Positions 26,084 through 39,710 are shown, numbered from the stretch's first letter. The stretch is DNA of 53,399 nucleotides from Paraglomus brasilianum (GCA_910592345.1 CAJVPI010000004.1:62001-115399), one strand, 5' to 3'. Notes: generated from the sequence alone by a model not told the origin. Translations and numbers: made by a program.

Positions 26084-26369
26084 GTCATTTATTGAATATA
26101 TAATATACGCGTACCTACACATAAAGCAGTTGGTTTACTACGCGGTAGTCTTATTTTCTCCCACGGTCCATTCTCTGGTATGTTATACACGTATATATAT
26201 TTTTTGATCGAACAGAATTATTTCTCTCATACTCTAAGGTGCTAATATTTTTTTAGCTCTTTAAAATTGTTCTCAATGAAAAAAAGGATAAATGCTTGCC
26301 TTTTAATGTACTGTTGAGAGAATGGACATCGTTGGAGTGTAATCTAAATAAAGATAAATGTTGTGAATT

Positions 26370-26760
26370 TCACCTTTCCCAAACTCTGGCTTGACTTCCA
26401 CAATGGAAAGGATTGCTTCTTCTCACTTGATCGTCAGCACAATGACTGGGAACCAGAGATTTTGTTACCACTGAAACTGTAATCTTGTAGGTTCTCAAGA
26501 TATCGATAAATGCTTCCTTTTTCTCTCATGCTCGTATTTGAACTTTGACATCTGTTTAGCAATATCGATTGCGCATTCTGCTGATTGCGCCTGAATCCAC
26601 AAGCGAGAGAAAGTCAGAAAATATGGGTGTGATGAATAAGGATGGGCACTCCGCGGGCGTCATAAGGACGATGCACGGTGTATCTCGCCTTGTAAAGAAT
26701 TCCAACCATCGTCCGCGAACGACGAGGGTGTGATTTTCCTGATACGTTTCGCGATCTCTA
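26370..26760 (-). pseudogene. Remnant of a fungal PD-(D/E)xK nuclease-fold (Crinkler/kinase-associated) gene
   Basis: Frameshifted TPSSFADDGWNSLQ, HRPYDARGVPILIH/PIFSDFL, IAKQMSKFKYEHERKKEAFIDILRTY and AILSIVEVKPEFGKG. Confidence 0.55.
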
Positions 26761-28703
26761 TTAAACTTTTAAGATTATAAACTTTCTAGACCTTTTCAAA
26801 ATGTACTGATGCTTACGAAATTGAATCTTTTTGTATCAAAATAGCGAAATGCGAATCAAAACTCAACGGATGCGCTCAAACAATCTTTATCGATCCAAAC
26901 CTTGGGAGACTATAGTGAACTGTTTCAGAATCCGTAACCCTAACATATTTATAACCAGTAAGGATAATCACCTGATGTGCTTATTGTAAAAATAACACGA
27001 CTCGCACTTATATTTCATAGAAAAATCAAATTATAAATCAAATAGCAAATCATTCAAAAATGCTTTCCTGTTGATCAGTACTTTTCTCTACTATAAAATA
27101 AAAACTCACAATTATTTCCTTGATAACTCTAACTCTCGTTCAAGCGATAAAATCAAAGACAATTGAATTGAAATACCAGCCGCTTATTAAGCGAAAATAC
27201 TCATCACATTTATTAATAAGTCTAAACCTAATCCACACGGATAAAGACGGCATAAAAATATGTTCATCAACCAATCAAAGATAATTGTTTGTTGATTGTA
27301 ATAGCAGCTATCCTTAAGCAAACGGTGAAGATAAATGAACTCTTTAAATCCAAAATAAATAATTTTATTCGTTGATTATCATCACAAGCGTATCTTTGAT
27401 GTGGAGAAAAACACTCTTAAAATATAGAGATTACATAACAACAGCAATTACGATAGCGATATAATAATCACGTATACGTAATTTTTATTACAAGACATTG
27501 CAACATGGATAAGGTGAATAACGAAATTAAAACGCAAACGGAAGATTAATTAGTTTATCAAATCCGCGATAATTATAGTGAGTCAGGAAAAACAGGCCAA
27601 AATTACGTAATTTACGTCGTAGGAAAGGTCAAAACGCCACTTAAAAAGTGTTGAACTAGACAATGTGGAATGTAGTGTTTTCTATTAAGGCTTTTATTGA
27701 GACGATAGAAATATTTCTTTTAGGAATACAAAATAAACGTGATGGCTGCCGTGGTCTTAGTAGCAGCAACAATGCATAGACGGGCTCGGCCATATGTACA
27801 CTGATAATAAACAGCACTTCGATAGTCTAACTGTTGCAATAAACTGTATAGTTTACGTGACGCAATATGGTTTGTTGGGTTTGCGAGAACAGTTATGACT
27901 GCAGAGTGGCTGTGATTGCAATTATTAAGCGAGGCTTGATACGAGAAGACCTCATTATCATCTGGTGTTTATACTCGTCGTCGCCCTGATATTAGTAATA
28001 GTGTTAGAAACATTTTTTATTAAATAGACGCTGGCCAGGCGTCGGTTTTACAATAGCGAATATAATATTTGCAATCCCCGTCCGTAAATGTTATAATATA
28101 AAGGTAACAATTTTGAGGGAATTCAGGATGGAAAACGGAAGAAAATTTTTGAGGAAATGTCTTGTGTATAACTTGTATCTTATCAAACGGGTAAGTTGAC
28201 ATTTGAATTAATGAACTGATGTTACGACTATACGTGTATTAATGAGTTCGATAGAAAAAATAAAGAGAAGCAGAAGAAAGGCCATATTGCTTCATAAACT
28301 ACGTTGTATTTCTCAGGTAATTGTTACGTTATTACTATTTCAAACTATTAATTAAAATAAAACTTTCGATGTCTTCGTTGCAATATTGAGCGTATGGTGC
28401 ATGATATTCGCAAACGTTATTTCGTAAGTTATGCAAATACGTCACATTTTAAAGGAAAGTACCTTCCGTTAAACTACATTTTGTAACGATAAAAGCGGCG
28501 GATAATACCGGAGCTTCAATAAAGCCTACACCCATAAAAAATTTATCGGCACTGATATTGTGAATGTCATATGATAAACATTTATTTAGATTGCCAAATT
28601 TATTTGAATATTTGAGAACCTGGCCTAAAGAAATAGTACCGATGGACAGATAGTAAGGCATGATAATGTAGCGAAATATATTCGGCAAAGAAATTTGTCA
28701 CGA

Positions 28704-28974
28704 ATGAAAGATGCATGCGTAATCTTAAAAGACAAAAATAAGCGGGAAGAATTTATCCATGTCATTCGTAACTAACTCGGATGAAAGATGCATGCGTAAT
28801 CTTAAAAGGCAAAGATAAGTGGAAGAATTTATCCATGTCATTCGTAACTAACTCGACATATTCGGCAAAGAATGATGCATGCGTAATCTTGAAAGACTCG
28901 TAATGTGCAAAGTTATTGAAAAGAAGAAACAAAGATAAGCAGAAGATTTATCCATGTCATTCGTAACTAACTTG
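28704..28974. repeat. Three direct copies of a ~77-bp unit upstream of the SDR gene
   Basis: GATGCATGCGTAATCTT...TTATCCATGTCATTCGTAACTAACT starting at 28704, 28781 and ~28872; the third copy has an insertion. Confidence 0.92.
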
Positions 28975-29280
28975 CTATGTAATTACTAGCCGTTTAGCGT
29001 TAATCCTTCGGTTAAATATAAACGGGTTGTGTATCACTGCAGTAATAGTCACACACATAATAATTTCCAACCAATGAAATTAATTACAATTTTTTGGGAT
29101 CCGCGCTGATGCCACAAATTTTGCTGTAATTAATATTTATATGATGAAATGTCCATATCTGGACAATTGAGTAAATGAATTTTATCTACATATATTGCAG
29201 CTTACTATTACAATTGTGTCCGCCAAATCACATATAAAAGCGTAAATTGTTCCAATCTGCACCAAGACATTATATTCATC

Positions 29281-30732
29281 ATGCCTAGTAAAAACTTTAC
29301 TTTTGACAACATTCCTGATCTTAGTGGCAAAGTAAGTAATGCATCATCAAAAGAAACCGCAACTATTATTACCCAAGATACAAGTTTGAACAATGATTGT
29401 CTTCCAATATTACCTGTAGGTCGCATTAGTAACAGGCGCAAATGCAGGGATAGGATACATAACCGCTCGAGAATTAGCACGCAAAAAAGCACACGTTTTC
29501 GTATGTGCACGCAATATTGAAAAAGGCCAGTCCGTCGTGGCAACTATAAAAGCGGAAACAGGAAACGAGCTGATCGAGTTTTTGCAGTTGGATCTATTGA
29601 GTTTGAAGAATATTAAAGAGGCCGCCGACAAATTTATGGCCAGAGGGCTTGGATTGCACATGTTGTAAGTTAGGGAAGAGAGATATAGCCAAGAGTGTTG
29701 GTAATTGACGATTGATATTTACTGTTCGATTTTTTATTATTATCACGTTTTGTAGAATCAATAATGCTGGAATAATGGCAACGTACGTAAATATTTTGAC
29801 TAGATTATTTAATTTGCTTTGAATCGATTATTCAGCTCTCAGTTAATCAGCACATGTTTTTACGTTACATAGCCCATTTAGTTTGTCAGCAGATGGTATT
29901 GAAGCCCAATTTGCCACTAACCACATAGGTCACTTTGTAAGTATAATGATAATAATAATTTTTACCTTGTTCGATCTCCTCCCGATTCTATTGTTAATAT
30001 CTATTTTCTCAATTCTCAGTACTTGACTCAGCTCCTCTTACCTGCCCTCGAAAAGTCTGCACCTTCGCGCATCGTTGTTGTCAGCAGGTACGTGAAAGAA
30101 AGAGGACTTTATTTTCGTTGGCTTTGCATTATATCAGGCTAACCTGACATTCAATCTGCATCATAGTCTAGCCCATCGGGCGCTTGCTCCTGGAAAGGGA
30201 ATAGATTTCGAGAACATTAACACAAATAAACTCAGTATATGGGCTCGATATGGACAGTCGAAACTGGCAAATGTATTATTCGCAAACGAACTTGATCGAA
30301 GAGTGAAAGACAAGAATATTTACGTAAATTCTCTTCATCCTGGTATGTACGGAATACTTCAGAATCACGTCTTTGCTCTTCTTCACCGCCACGAAACTAT
30401 AATTCTTATTCTCATGACACCACGTTTTTAACAATGTATAAAAAGGTGTAGTAAAATCCAACCTCATGCAAGGTCCAAAGCTCTCCTGGGGTAGATGGAT
30501 GGCAGTGTACACTGCTATTCAAAATTTCTTTTCTTTAAGCACCGAAGATGGGGCCTTGACGCAGCTCTACGTTGCCACAAGTCCTGACATTGAAAATGAT
30601 AATCTCCGCGGACAACACTTTATGCCGATTGGCAAGTTGGGAACAATGAGTGCTAAGGCAATGGACAAAATTTTGGCTAAAGAATTGTGGGATTATTCAG
30701 AAAGAATTATTAAAGAGAAGGTCGGGGAGTGA
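29281..30732 (+). CDS. Short-chain dehydrogenase/reductase, RDH12/WWOX-like
   Basis: DLSGK|VALVTGANAGIG, INNAGIM, FATNHIGHF, catalytic YGQSK, NSLHPGVV; GT-AG introns; stop at 30732. Confidence 0.95.
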
Positions 30733-31737
30733 TTAAGTTTTCATGGATAGATCTAATATATTATTGATTAATACTCATATTCACATTCAAAAACTGTTAC
30801 TTGAAAAAATTAGTGTCTAGTTGTATAATAGAAAACGGAAAATAATAAATTATTTGTTTCAAAAACTTAAAATTCTTTTGTCAATTTAAAAGGGTCATGC
30901 ATGGTTATATCTGTTTGGTGTACGATATCAAGGTTTGTAACATTCTGTACCAGTCATACGACCGCGGTCTGAATCCAAATGATGAGGGTATACGATTGTG
31001 TATTGTTTGAAAGCGGACGAGTGGTAACTGCATTGAATTAGTATTAGAATATACAAACAAATAAACCATGTTAATAAAAACGTGCAGCGTTGCACTTGCA
31101 CCAACCAATGTAGTATTTACGTGTCGAGTCTCTACCAAGTTCTTATGATGTACTGTGTCATAGTTTATTTGGCAGAAAAACATTGCATTAATAAGCCAAG
31201 GAGATATTGAGTTTTGTTATTGGTTAAGATTGTGTATCTGTCTAGACTAAGACCCGCAAACACAAAGTAATCGTATTATTGGTATTCATACTAATGCAAG
31301 TTGATTCTATTAATAGCACTTCTTTGTAACAGCTGTGACTCACGAGATTGATTTCATGAATAATTCTACGAATTTGTCTATTTCAATTTATTATACAAAT
31401 TACCAACTGCTTCAAAGAACAATGTTGGTCAGCATTAATACGTTACTGTTTAAATTTGCGCAGTCTCTTGTCATTAGCGACATAGTATCAGTGGCATAAA
31501 TCTTCACTATGTTGTGACTGGTAAAGCTTATAGTAGTATAATAATAAATGACTCAAACGTTATTTTTACTGACAAATCTATTACTGCTGAACGATTTATT
31601 ATTATATGAAATACACTGGTACTAAGTTGTTTAACATAGCAAATGTCATACTGTTCAATTATGTAGTAACCTCTTGATTCGGTTATAATTTATTAAAGCA
31701 TTCGAAAAACGAAGAAACAAAAAGGAAACAAGGAATT

Positions 31738-31781
31738 CTTCACTATAGCGCGAAAATTCACTGTATCGAGACTTTACAGTT
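31738..31781 (-). mobile_element. Degenerate pogo-like terminus
   Basis: Minus strand CTGTAAAGTCTCGATACAGTGAA...CTATAGTGAA has the repeated subterminal pattern of pogo-type ends. Confidence 0.35.
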
Positions 31782-31987
31782 CCGAAAATAAACACCATTA
31801 TTTCGGAAAAGATTGTAGTAACATCAAATACCATAATTATTCCGCATGCCAACCTAGCATACTTGCCTTTCTAGTGCAAGAGCACCTTTAGCGTTCAATC
31901 GTATGTACTACTAATATAGGAACGCAAAACTCCAACCTGCCTTCCGTAAGCACATTTGGGTTGACACGGTACCCATAACTTCAGATC

Positions 31988-32125
31988 GGGAGGCAATCAT
32001 TTCATCGACAATTATTTCGCCGACAATCATTTCACCGACAAATATTTACCAACATTATTTCGAATTTATCCTTTTTTAGTAGTTAATTGTCGGTGAAATG
32101 ATTGTCGGCGAAATAATACGGACCC
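31988..32125. mobile_element. Mutator/foldback-type MITE with a 9-bp target-site duplication
   Basis: TSD CTTCAGATC at 31979-31987 and 32126-32134; GGG...CCC ends; perfect 31-bp inverted repeat (32011-32041 / 32087-32117) built from 15-bp units. Confidence 0.85.
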
Positions 32126-32271
32126 CTTCAGATCAGGTGAACCTCGCCTTGGGGTGCTTATTTCGGGGGTGCTTATTTTGTTATTTTTATTTTGGATATG
32201 ATTTACAAGATTTGCGAGAAAAGATCGACTCGCAAATATTCCTTGGAGAAAGAAAAACTTTTTGTGAGAAA

Positions 32272-33612
32272 ATGTCTCGACCAGAACACCAAGCACCGCC
32301 AGAAATCGTACGCATGAATCCTCAACTGATATTTAGTCAACTTGCTAATCTCCAACAACTGGTTACAGTTTGCTAAAATCTTGACTTGTTTACAAATTAC
32401 GTGTAGTATTATAACGAAAATGAAGCTAAAAAATACACATCAAAGTAAGGCAGCAATCCATTTGGAATATAATTGAAAATAGACATGGTTCTGAAGATAG
32501 TCGTTAATAAGAATTCATTGACTACTTCAGTTCGCGGATATTGGAAATACAAAGCGACATGGTAAGCAACATTCACAACGTTGCTCGTATTTATCATTGC
32601 CATTGAGCCGTTCATTTCTACTTCTCACAGGCAAGGAGAGCGCTCGAGTTACTAAATTTACCGCCAAATACATCCTGTTACTTGCTGGACATTGGCTGTG
32701 GATCTGGTCTAAGTGGTGAGATACTAGAAGCAGAAGAACACGTATGGGTTGGACTCGATATAGCGCCAGCAATGCTTCGTAAGTCTCTGATGATTTAAAC
32801 ATGCAAGTGAAGAAGTCGCTTATTTTACTGAACACTATACACTGAATACATTCTAGAGGTTGCTCTTGAAAGAGAAGTTGAAGGAGATTTATTTTTGCAA
32901 GATGTGGGTCAAGGCTTGGGTTTTCGACCGGGGGTATTTGATGGAGCAATAAGGTAAACCACCAAACACTTTCAACCGAGTTGTGATGTCTGTTCGACTC
33001 ATCAACTCATTCTCTCAGCATATCGGCGCTCCAATGGCTCTGCAACGCGGACAAGCAATCGCACAATCCTCGAGCCCGCCTGCACCGATTCTTTTCAACA
33101 CTTTATTCTTGTCTACGGAGAGGAGCGCGCGCGGTCTTTCAATTTTATCCAGAAAATGACGACCAGTGCGAATTAATCATGAACACTGCGATGCGATGCG
33201 GTTTTGAAGGTGGTATGGTAATTGATTATCCAAATAGTAAGAAAGCGAAAAAGTATTTTCTTTGTTTGTTTGCTGGTCAAGCTCTCGATGGAGAGAGACA
33301 ACAGTTACCTAAAGGACTTGGTGAAAGCGAAACGGAGGAATCCACCACTGTAGCTTATTCACGTGAGAGGTATGGATGCATCGAATATTGTATGTGTTGC
33401 ATGCTATGTGACATTGGGCTAAGTATATGTGTCTTGGGGGATTTATCGTATATAGGATTCAAGGTCATGCGAATAATAGAAATAAACAAAGAAGAGCAGT
33501 TAAAGACAAGGATTGGGTCCTACATAAGAAAGAACTTGCGCGGAAGCGGGGCAAGCCTGACGTGCCACGTGACTCTCAATTTACGGGAAGGAACCGGAAA
33601 CCCAGATTCTGA
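32272..33612 (+). CDS. BUD23: 18S rRNA guanine-N7 methyltransferase Bud23/WBSCR22
   Basis: [72 protein letters not shown]-terminal [13 protein letters not shown]. Confidence 0.97.
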
Positions 33613-33750
33613 AGCAAAAATATACAAGATTGCAATATAGCCAATCAATTTTTAGGTTGAATTCTTTGTAGCTCATTTTATTTCTGAGAAACATAATCTA
33701 ATTTATTAATCATTTCTATAATCGGTCTCCTCGAGACTCTGGTTTTATTC

Positions 33751-34425
33751 CTACGATGAATCGTGCTCGTCTTTATCAGATGCATCGCTTTCGGTTTTTT
33801 GTTTCTTCTCACGTTCATGCTTCTTCTGTTTCCGTTTTTGTCTTTTTGCTCGTTTCTTTGCTGTCTTTTCCTCCTCGAGTTCTTTTAGCTGTAACATTCT
33901 GGTCTCAAACCCTTGTCTTTCTTCTTCCTATTTTTATATAACGCTTTGGGTAATTTGAAAAAGACAAGGTAACAAAGGAAAAATTGTTAGACCGTTATCA
34001 ATTAATTACCTTCTTCGAGTCTTCTTCCATTATCTTTAGTCTAGTATATTCCCGTCGCCGATGTGCTCGGTAAACGTGGAATTCGCCACTTCCGGCGCCA
34101 GCACTCGATCCTAAATAAATGTAAATAACGACTTGTTAAATTATAAACCCATGTTATGAACCGAAATCGATCTGTTAAACGACATTGCATAGTCTTTCAG
34201 TTCTATTAACTCACCTTGCACATTGCGTACAATGTCTTTCGGGGCCTTTAGTTTCGGTTTATCCTGAATTTCCGGAATTACTATCGGTTTGTCACCACGC
34301 TGAAGCAACCTTTCCAACTGTCTTCGTTGTACCTCTGCAGGCGAGGGATTGTGTATATGTTTTGGTCTCTTATTATCTGAATCTGATATCGATTCTGTAT
34401 CGCTTTTTATTTTTGTGGATGACAT
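33751..34425 (-). CDS. PRKRIP1: PRKR-interacting protein 1 homolog (DUF1168, spliceosome-associated)
   Basis: [31 protein letters not shown]...[15 protein letters not shown]; 3 exons. Confidence 0.93.
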
Positions 34426-34723
34426 TTTTGATTATAATCGCCTTTGTGAGGCAAGAACTAGGATAATAAACTCAGTTATACGTCATTCGTCCTTGTTACC
34501 AGGTCACGTCTTTGTTTATTTTCTGTGCACCAAATTGTGCCACTCAATTCTCGACTATCCGAGGTGTGTATCGAATACTAACTAATACGTTTGGCCAGAA
34601 GTTTTGGTGTTCTACTGACAAAAGGTAGCTTACTAATTCCTTACGACGCGGGCCTCGAGATTTTGGTTCTCATATATTTCGATATTATTAAGTTCCAGCA
34701 GCGAAGAATAACGATATTTAATT
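34426..34723. promoter_or_regulatory. Compact bidirectional promoter region (PRKRIP1 / GET3)
   Basis: 298 bp between two divergent start codons. Confidence 0.6.
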
Positions 34724-36423
34724 ATGGTTGAAGACGACTTACCCATGGATAACGATTCTGTCGGATCCGAACCCTTTGAACCCCTCGACCCGACACTACA
34801 AAATGTGCTCGATCAGACTTCACTGCATTGGATCTTTGTTGGAGGGAAGGGTGGTGTCGGTATGTTTGATTTGTATTATTAATTTCTGAAGGAATGGTGT
34901 CCCCAAAGATAACTTGCAACATTCCAATCTTTACTTAACTCTTGTCTCTACTCTGAAAAGGTAAAACCACAACATCGTGTTCACTTGCCGTACAATTGGC
35001 CAAATCGCGAGAGTCGGTGCTACTCATTTCAACTGACCCTGCCCACAATTTGAGCGATGCTTTCGGGCAGAAATTCAGTAAAGAAGCTACTCTAGTAGAG
35101 GGATTTACTAATCTCTCTGCTATGGTAAATATGCTTGGGTTGGGAGAATGCTAGTTTAGCAAAAACTGTGACATCGTTAGCAGAATTAACTTTTGAATCC
35201 GTTATTGGTTTTACTAAATGTGTCTTTTCATTCCAGGAAATCGACCCAACTTCGTCTATTCAGGAAATGCTTGCTCAGTGTATGAATATTATTTATCTAA
35301 AACAACATTTACAAATTACGAATCTTTGAAATATTACTGACTATTTCTATATATATTTATAAAGCTGACCAGTCTGGTGCCATGGGATCAATGATGCAAG
35401 ATCTTGCGTTTGCAATCCCAGGTGTAGATGAAGCCATGGGGTTTGCTGAAGTTATGAAGTAACCAACCATTTACATTATCTTTGATTGTCCCGCGCGCAT
35501 TTATCTCTCCCTGACATTCGATTGTATTTGCCATTGTTAGACAAGTACAAACTATGGAATACTCTGTGATCATATTTGATACGGCTCCAACCGGCCATAC
35601 GTTACGATTCTTGAGTTTTCCAAATGTTTTGGAGAAGGCTTTGGATAAATTGTCAACTTTGAGCGGACGGTTCGGTCCCATGTTCCAGCAAGTAAGGAAA
35701 GATGGAGAACTGAGTAGGGAGAGACACACACACACAAGTTGATGGCCAAATGGGGTTGGGATTACTGAACATGACAAATTTAATTAGGTCTCTGGGATGA
35801 TGGGATTAAATGCCAATCAAGAAGATCTTACCGTAAAACTTCAAGGCATGAGAGCGATTATCACAGAAGTTAACAAGCAATTTAAGGATCCGGTAAGTTG
35901 GTTCAATGACAATAAGTGATAGCAACGTGCCTATTGACGTCCCCTTAACTATATACGATTTTTCTTATAATATTGAATATCTTTAGGATAAGACTACATT
36001 CATTTGTGTTTGCATATCAGAGTTCTTGTCTCTCTACGAAACGGAGCGCATGATTCAAGAGTTGACTTCTTACGAGATCGATACACACAACATCGTGGTG
36101 AACCAATTACTCTTTCCACGAATAGGTTTGTAATAATTTATGTTTGCATTAGTCGATTCTTATTTCGTCAGTTACTAATTGGTGTTTGTTGTTATCCAGG
36201 CTCCAACTGCGAACAATGTTTAGTTCGACATAAAATGCAACAGAAATATCTAGAGCAAATCTATGAGCTTTATGATGACTTCCATATTGTGTTAATGCCA
36301 TTGCTTACGAAAGAAATACGAGGCACACGGGATATTAAAGAATTTTCCGAGATGCTTGTTAAGCCATTTGTGCCGCCTGACTATCGATCGGAAGATGAAA
36401 AAAAATCGGAGAAAGAAGAGTGA
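34724..36423 (+). CDS. GET3: ATPase Get3/ASNA1 (tail-anchored protein targeting)
   Basis: [69 protein letters not shown]. Confidence 0.97.
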
Positions 36424-38390
36424 AATCTTAAGATGGAATGAGATAGATTTGGAACAAACAGATGAGTTAGATAGCATTTTTGATAATTTATCTTTATTTT
36501 AGGATATTAGCATCTAAACTGTAATACAAATCAAGATAGCATCATGCATTTCAATTGACAACGTGACAGTTGCGACAAAAAAGTACTCATACCGATATAA
36601 ATAATGCGTCGATGTTAATGTTTTATTTGCTTGCTGATTTATCACGTAGATAGCGCAGATGAAATTATTTAATCATTCACTTTGACTACTTCGCCGAGTT
36701 CAAGGAACACTACACTATGGAGTAATGGAAGTATATTTATTTAATATCCGCAGGTAAAAAATAATATGTAAACGTGAAAGGATATCATAAATGAATCGCC
36801 ACTCACGAATGTGAATACTAAGCGTCTCTTCCAAACAACCGTTCGCTGACATGGACAATAAAAATAAAACGCTTATTATGTGGTCGCGCGTTACCCGGAA
36901 TGAATATGATTTTTAATATGTTCTTTTAATCCGGTCAAGAATAAGGCGCTAATAATTTAAATTAACCGGGGATAATGATAATGAGCAGACGTGGGTGGTT
37001 CAGAAAGTTCTTGCCGGCTGGCTTTATTTCGAAAAGTTACATAATAATTTCAAACCCGGCTAAACTATTCCTTTATACATTTTTGTAATTTTTTCCAAAA
37101 GACTTGTGACATTCCTTTTTGTGAGATACTATCAACAACTGCCTGAAGGGCCCCAACAGATTTTCAATCCTGCTATACTTCTTTCTTTGGCGTGCTTTCG
37201 TATAAAAGAAAAAAGTTACATGGACGAAATTTAGGCTTAGGATAGACGTGACAATAATTTGATTCGTTCTTGCTACTAACTTTTAGATGAGGCACAGCAT
37301 TGTCATGGTGTAGTATCACACTGCGAGCGGTTACTCTTTCCTTGTATCTTCGATAAAATAAGGTAGAATTTGATTAACCTAAAGCTGACTTGCTTTTATT
37401 ATTTTTTTATAAGGGTCTTTCTTAAGCATATTGCGGATATTTTTCCAAACTTGCTTCGCGCAAAGGCTTTCTGGATCAAGGGTCATCTTCCAAACAGTCT
37501 CTACCATTATTGAAAGTTTCAAACTGTGCGTAATGTTAATGCTTTATGTCTACAAAATTTCATTAATTTTGCATTAATTTTACTAACATCTGCCACGTCT
37601 TGGGTATTGTTCACGTGAAATTCAAGCCAGTGGTTTTCGATGAACGAACTTTGAACAAAGATATCTCAACAACCATCTATTTAAAACAAGATCAGAACTT
37701 GAGCTTTTATTTGGTTGTATTATGTTGTCATAGGTTATCAGCACGTAAAACGAGAAGCATGCGGCAAGAACTTTTTGAACTGACGCTGGATTATAGCAAT
37801 TATATGGTAAAATCTGGCATCAATCGAACCATTTGATCAAGTCGATTCAAAAATTGTCACGAACGAAGACCAAAAAGGGAAGAGACCAAATTTTGCTGTC
37901 AACTTGTTATTTTTTATTAAAAGTAAAATAGGCTTCTTGAACCAAGATTCGGATTCGCAAGCAACGTGAGTCACGCTACGGAGACTTGTTGTAAGTTTGT
38001 GTCTTCCCCAATACTACTTACGATTGAGCTTTAATCTAATCTCACATGTCTTTTCAGTCAAGAGTTCAAAGAACAATGAAGTTGGTACACTAGACTTAGA
38101 GAGGGTTGGATTGGTAAACCGCAAAGCAGTAAAAACCAATTCCTCCGACATTCACGACATCTCACAAACCTCAAAAGAAGCCACGTAGGAAATAAACTTG
38201 TCAAATCAAAATTATAGGCGTCATTCTGAGAGACCTCATTTCATCAATTTGTCCCATTATGTTTGAAACTTTAAGAATTAACTATGGTTATAAGTTTTTT
38301 CACTGCTTACATAGATATTAATCCACGTTCTGATTTAATTAATAATAATGAAAAGAACATCGTCTCGTTAGTCAACTACAATAAGTCAAT

Positions 38391-38691
38391 ATTTAGCTAT
38401 ATATGTATGACTTAAAACTTACCATTCTAAGAATGTAGGAACTTCCAAGAGGCTTATTATCACACAGTTTATTTAGTATCTATTCCAATTATTATTATCG
38501 TAAAATATGAAATATTTTATATTTTTGCTCACACAATTTAACTATGTATGTATGACTTAAAACTTACCATTATAAGAAACTTCCAAGAGGCTTATTGTCA
38601 CAGTTTATTTATCTGTTTAAAGTTTTTTATATTTTTGCTCACACAATTTATTTAGCTATATATGTATGACTTAAAACTTACCATTATAAGA
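38391..38691. repeat. Local tandem duplication (~2.3 copies, unit 110-150 bp)
   Basis: TATGTATGACTTAAAACTTACCATT occurs 3 times; AACTTCCAAGAGGCTTATT and ATATTTTTGCTCACACAATTTA occur twice. Confidence 0.9.
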
Positions 38692-39439
38692 CTGCTACAT
38701 CGACAACATAGTAGCTGTTTATTGTCTAAATTAAAGGCAACATGAGAGCTGGAGGAATAATGTGATCACACATATATATGTACTACGAAGTCTTCTTCCT
38801 CGAAAACGGTTGCGGTAATAAACGAAGTGGTGATAATTAAAAAGTCATTTGTGAATAGAACTCTATTAATATTAGTATAGCTATGCCAGCACGTAATTGC
38901 AACGTGTCTTGTGTATAATACTATTATATTTTGCTGGGTGAAACTTTGTCAACAGATTCTTTTAAAACGACTTGTCCGTTGACGACTTGATCAGAATAAC
39001 TTGGCTCCAAAAGGCAATATGAACTTTTAGGGAAAGTACTCCAACTAAGCGACTTATGTTGAGCCTTATGTCCATAAAGAATTAAAGGATATCCAAACAC
39101 TTTTTCCATGGAAATACAGTAATGGGTGATACAGAAATGGGTTATTTCCGTTGGAAACTGGATCTATTTCCATGGAAATACAGCAACGATATGGTAGATG
39201 TCATATCGTATGCGCATATGACACGTACAGCGATATCCGTATTATCTTTAATCGCCGATTGCTTAACTAATTACTATTACATGGCTTGCGCTCATATTTT
39301 GAATCATATCTGTCGTTCATCACGAACGGAATATTAAACGCATTCACGTTAGATATTAATAAATGGCTATTTAATAAATACTGTTTCAAACAATCAATAT
39401 TAATAATTGGGTCAGAAATCATACTTTACACTCTTCCAC

Positions 39440-39710
39440 CAATCTCACAGTGTTTCCCTCCCTGTTGCCCGCGAAACTCTCACGATTCTATCGACGCACT
39501 ATCCCGAACGACTTGCTCGTGCATATTTGGTAACGCGCCGTTCCTTTTACGGTGCTTCCTCAAGTTACTTTCTCCATTTATGGACGAAGTTACTAGAAAC
39601 AAAATTGTATTTGTCGATAACGTTCCTACAGAGGCAAATACGCAAGACAGTGCAGAAACCAAAAAGGTTAAAAGCAAGATTAACCCGTTATTATTGGAAT
39701 GGATTGGGGA
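39440..39710 (+). pseudogene. CRAL-TRIO (Sec14-like) lipid-binding protein pseudogene
   Basis: VARETLTILSTHYPERLARAY, then a frameshift to NAPFLLRCFLKLLSPFMDEVTRNKIVFV. Confidence 0.8.

Noticed and set aside
28704..28974. Possible CRISPR-like array
   Set aside because: Whole units are duplicated with no unique spacers; eukaryotic context; no cas genes.
31995..32065. 15-bp periodic repeats as an iteron or CRISPR array
   Set aside because: Explained as the subterminal repeats of a TSD-flanked MITE.
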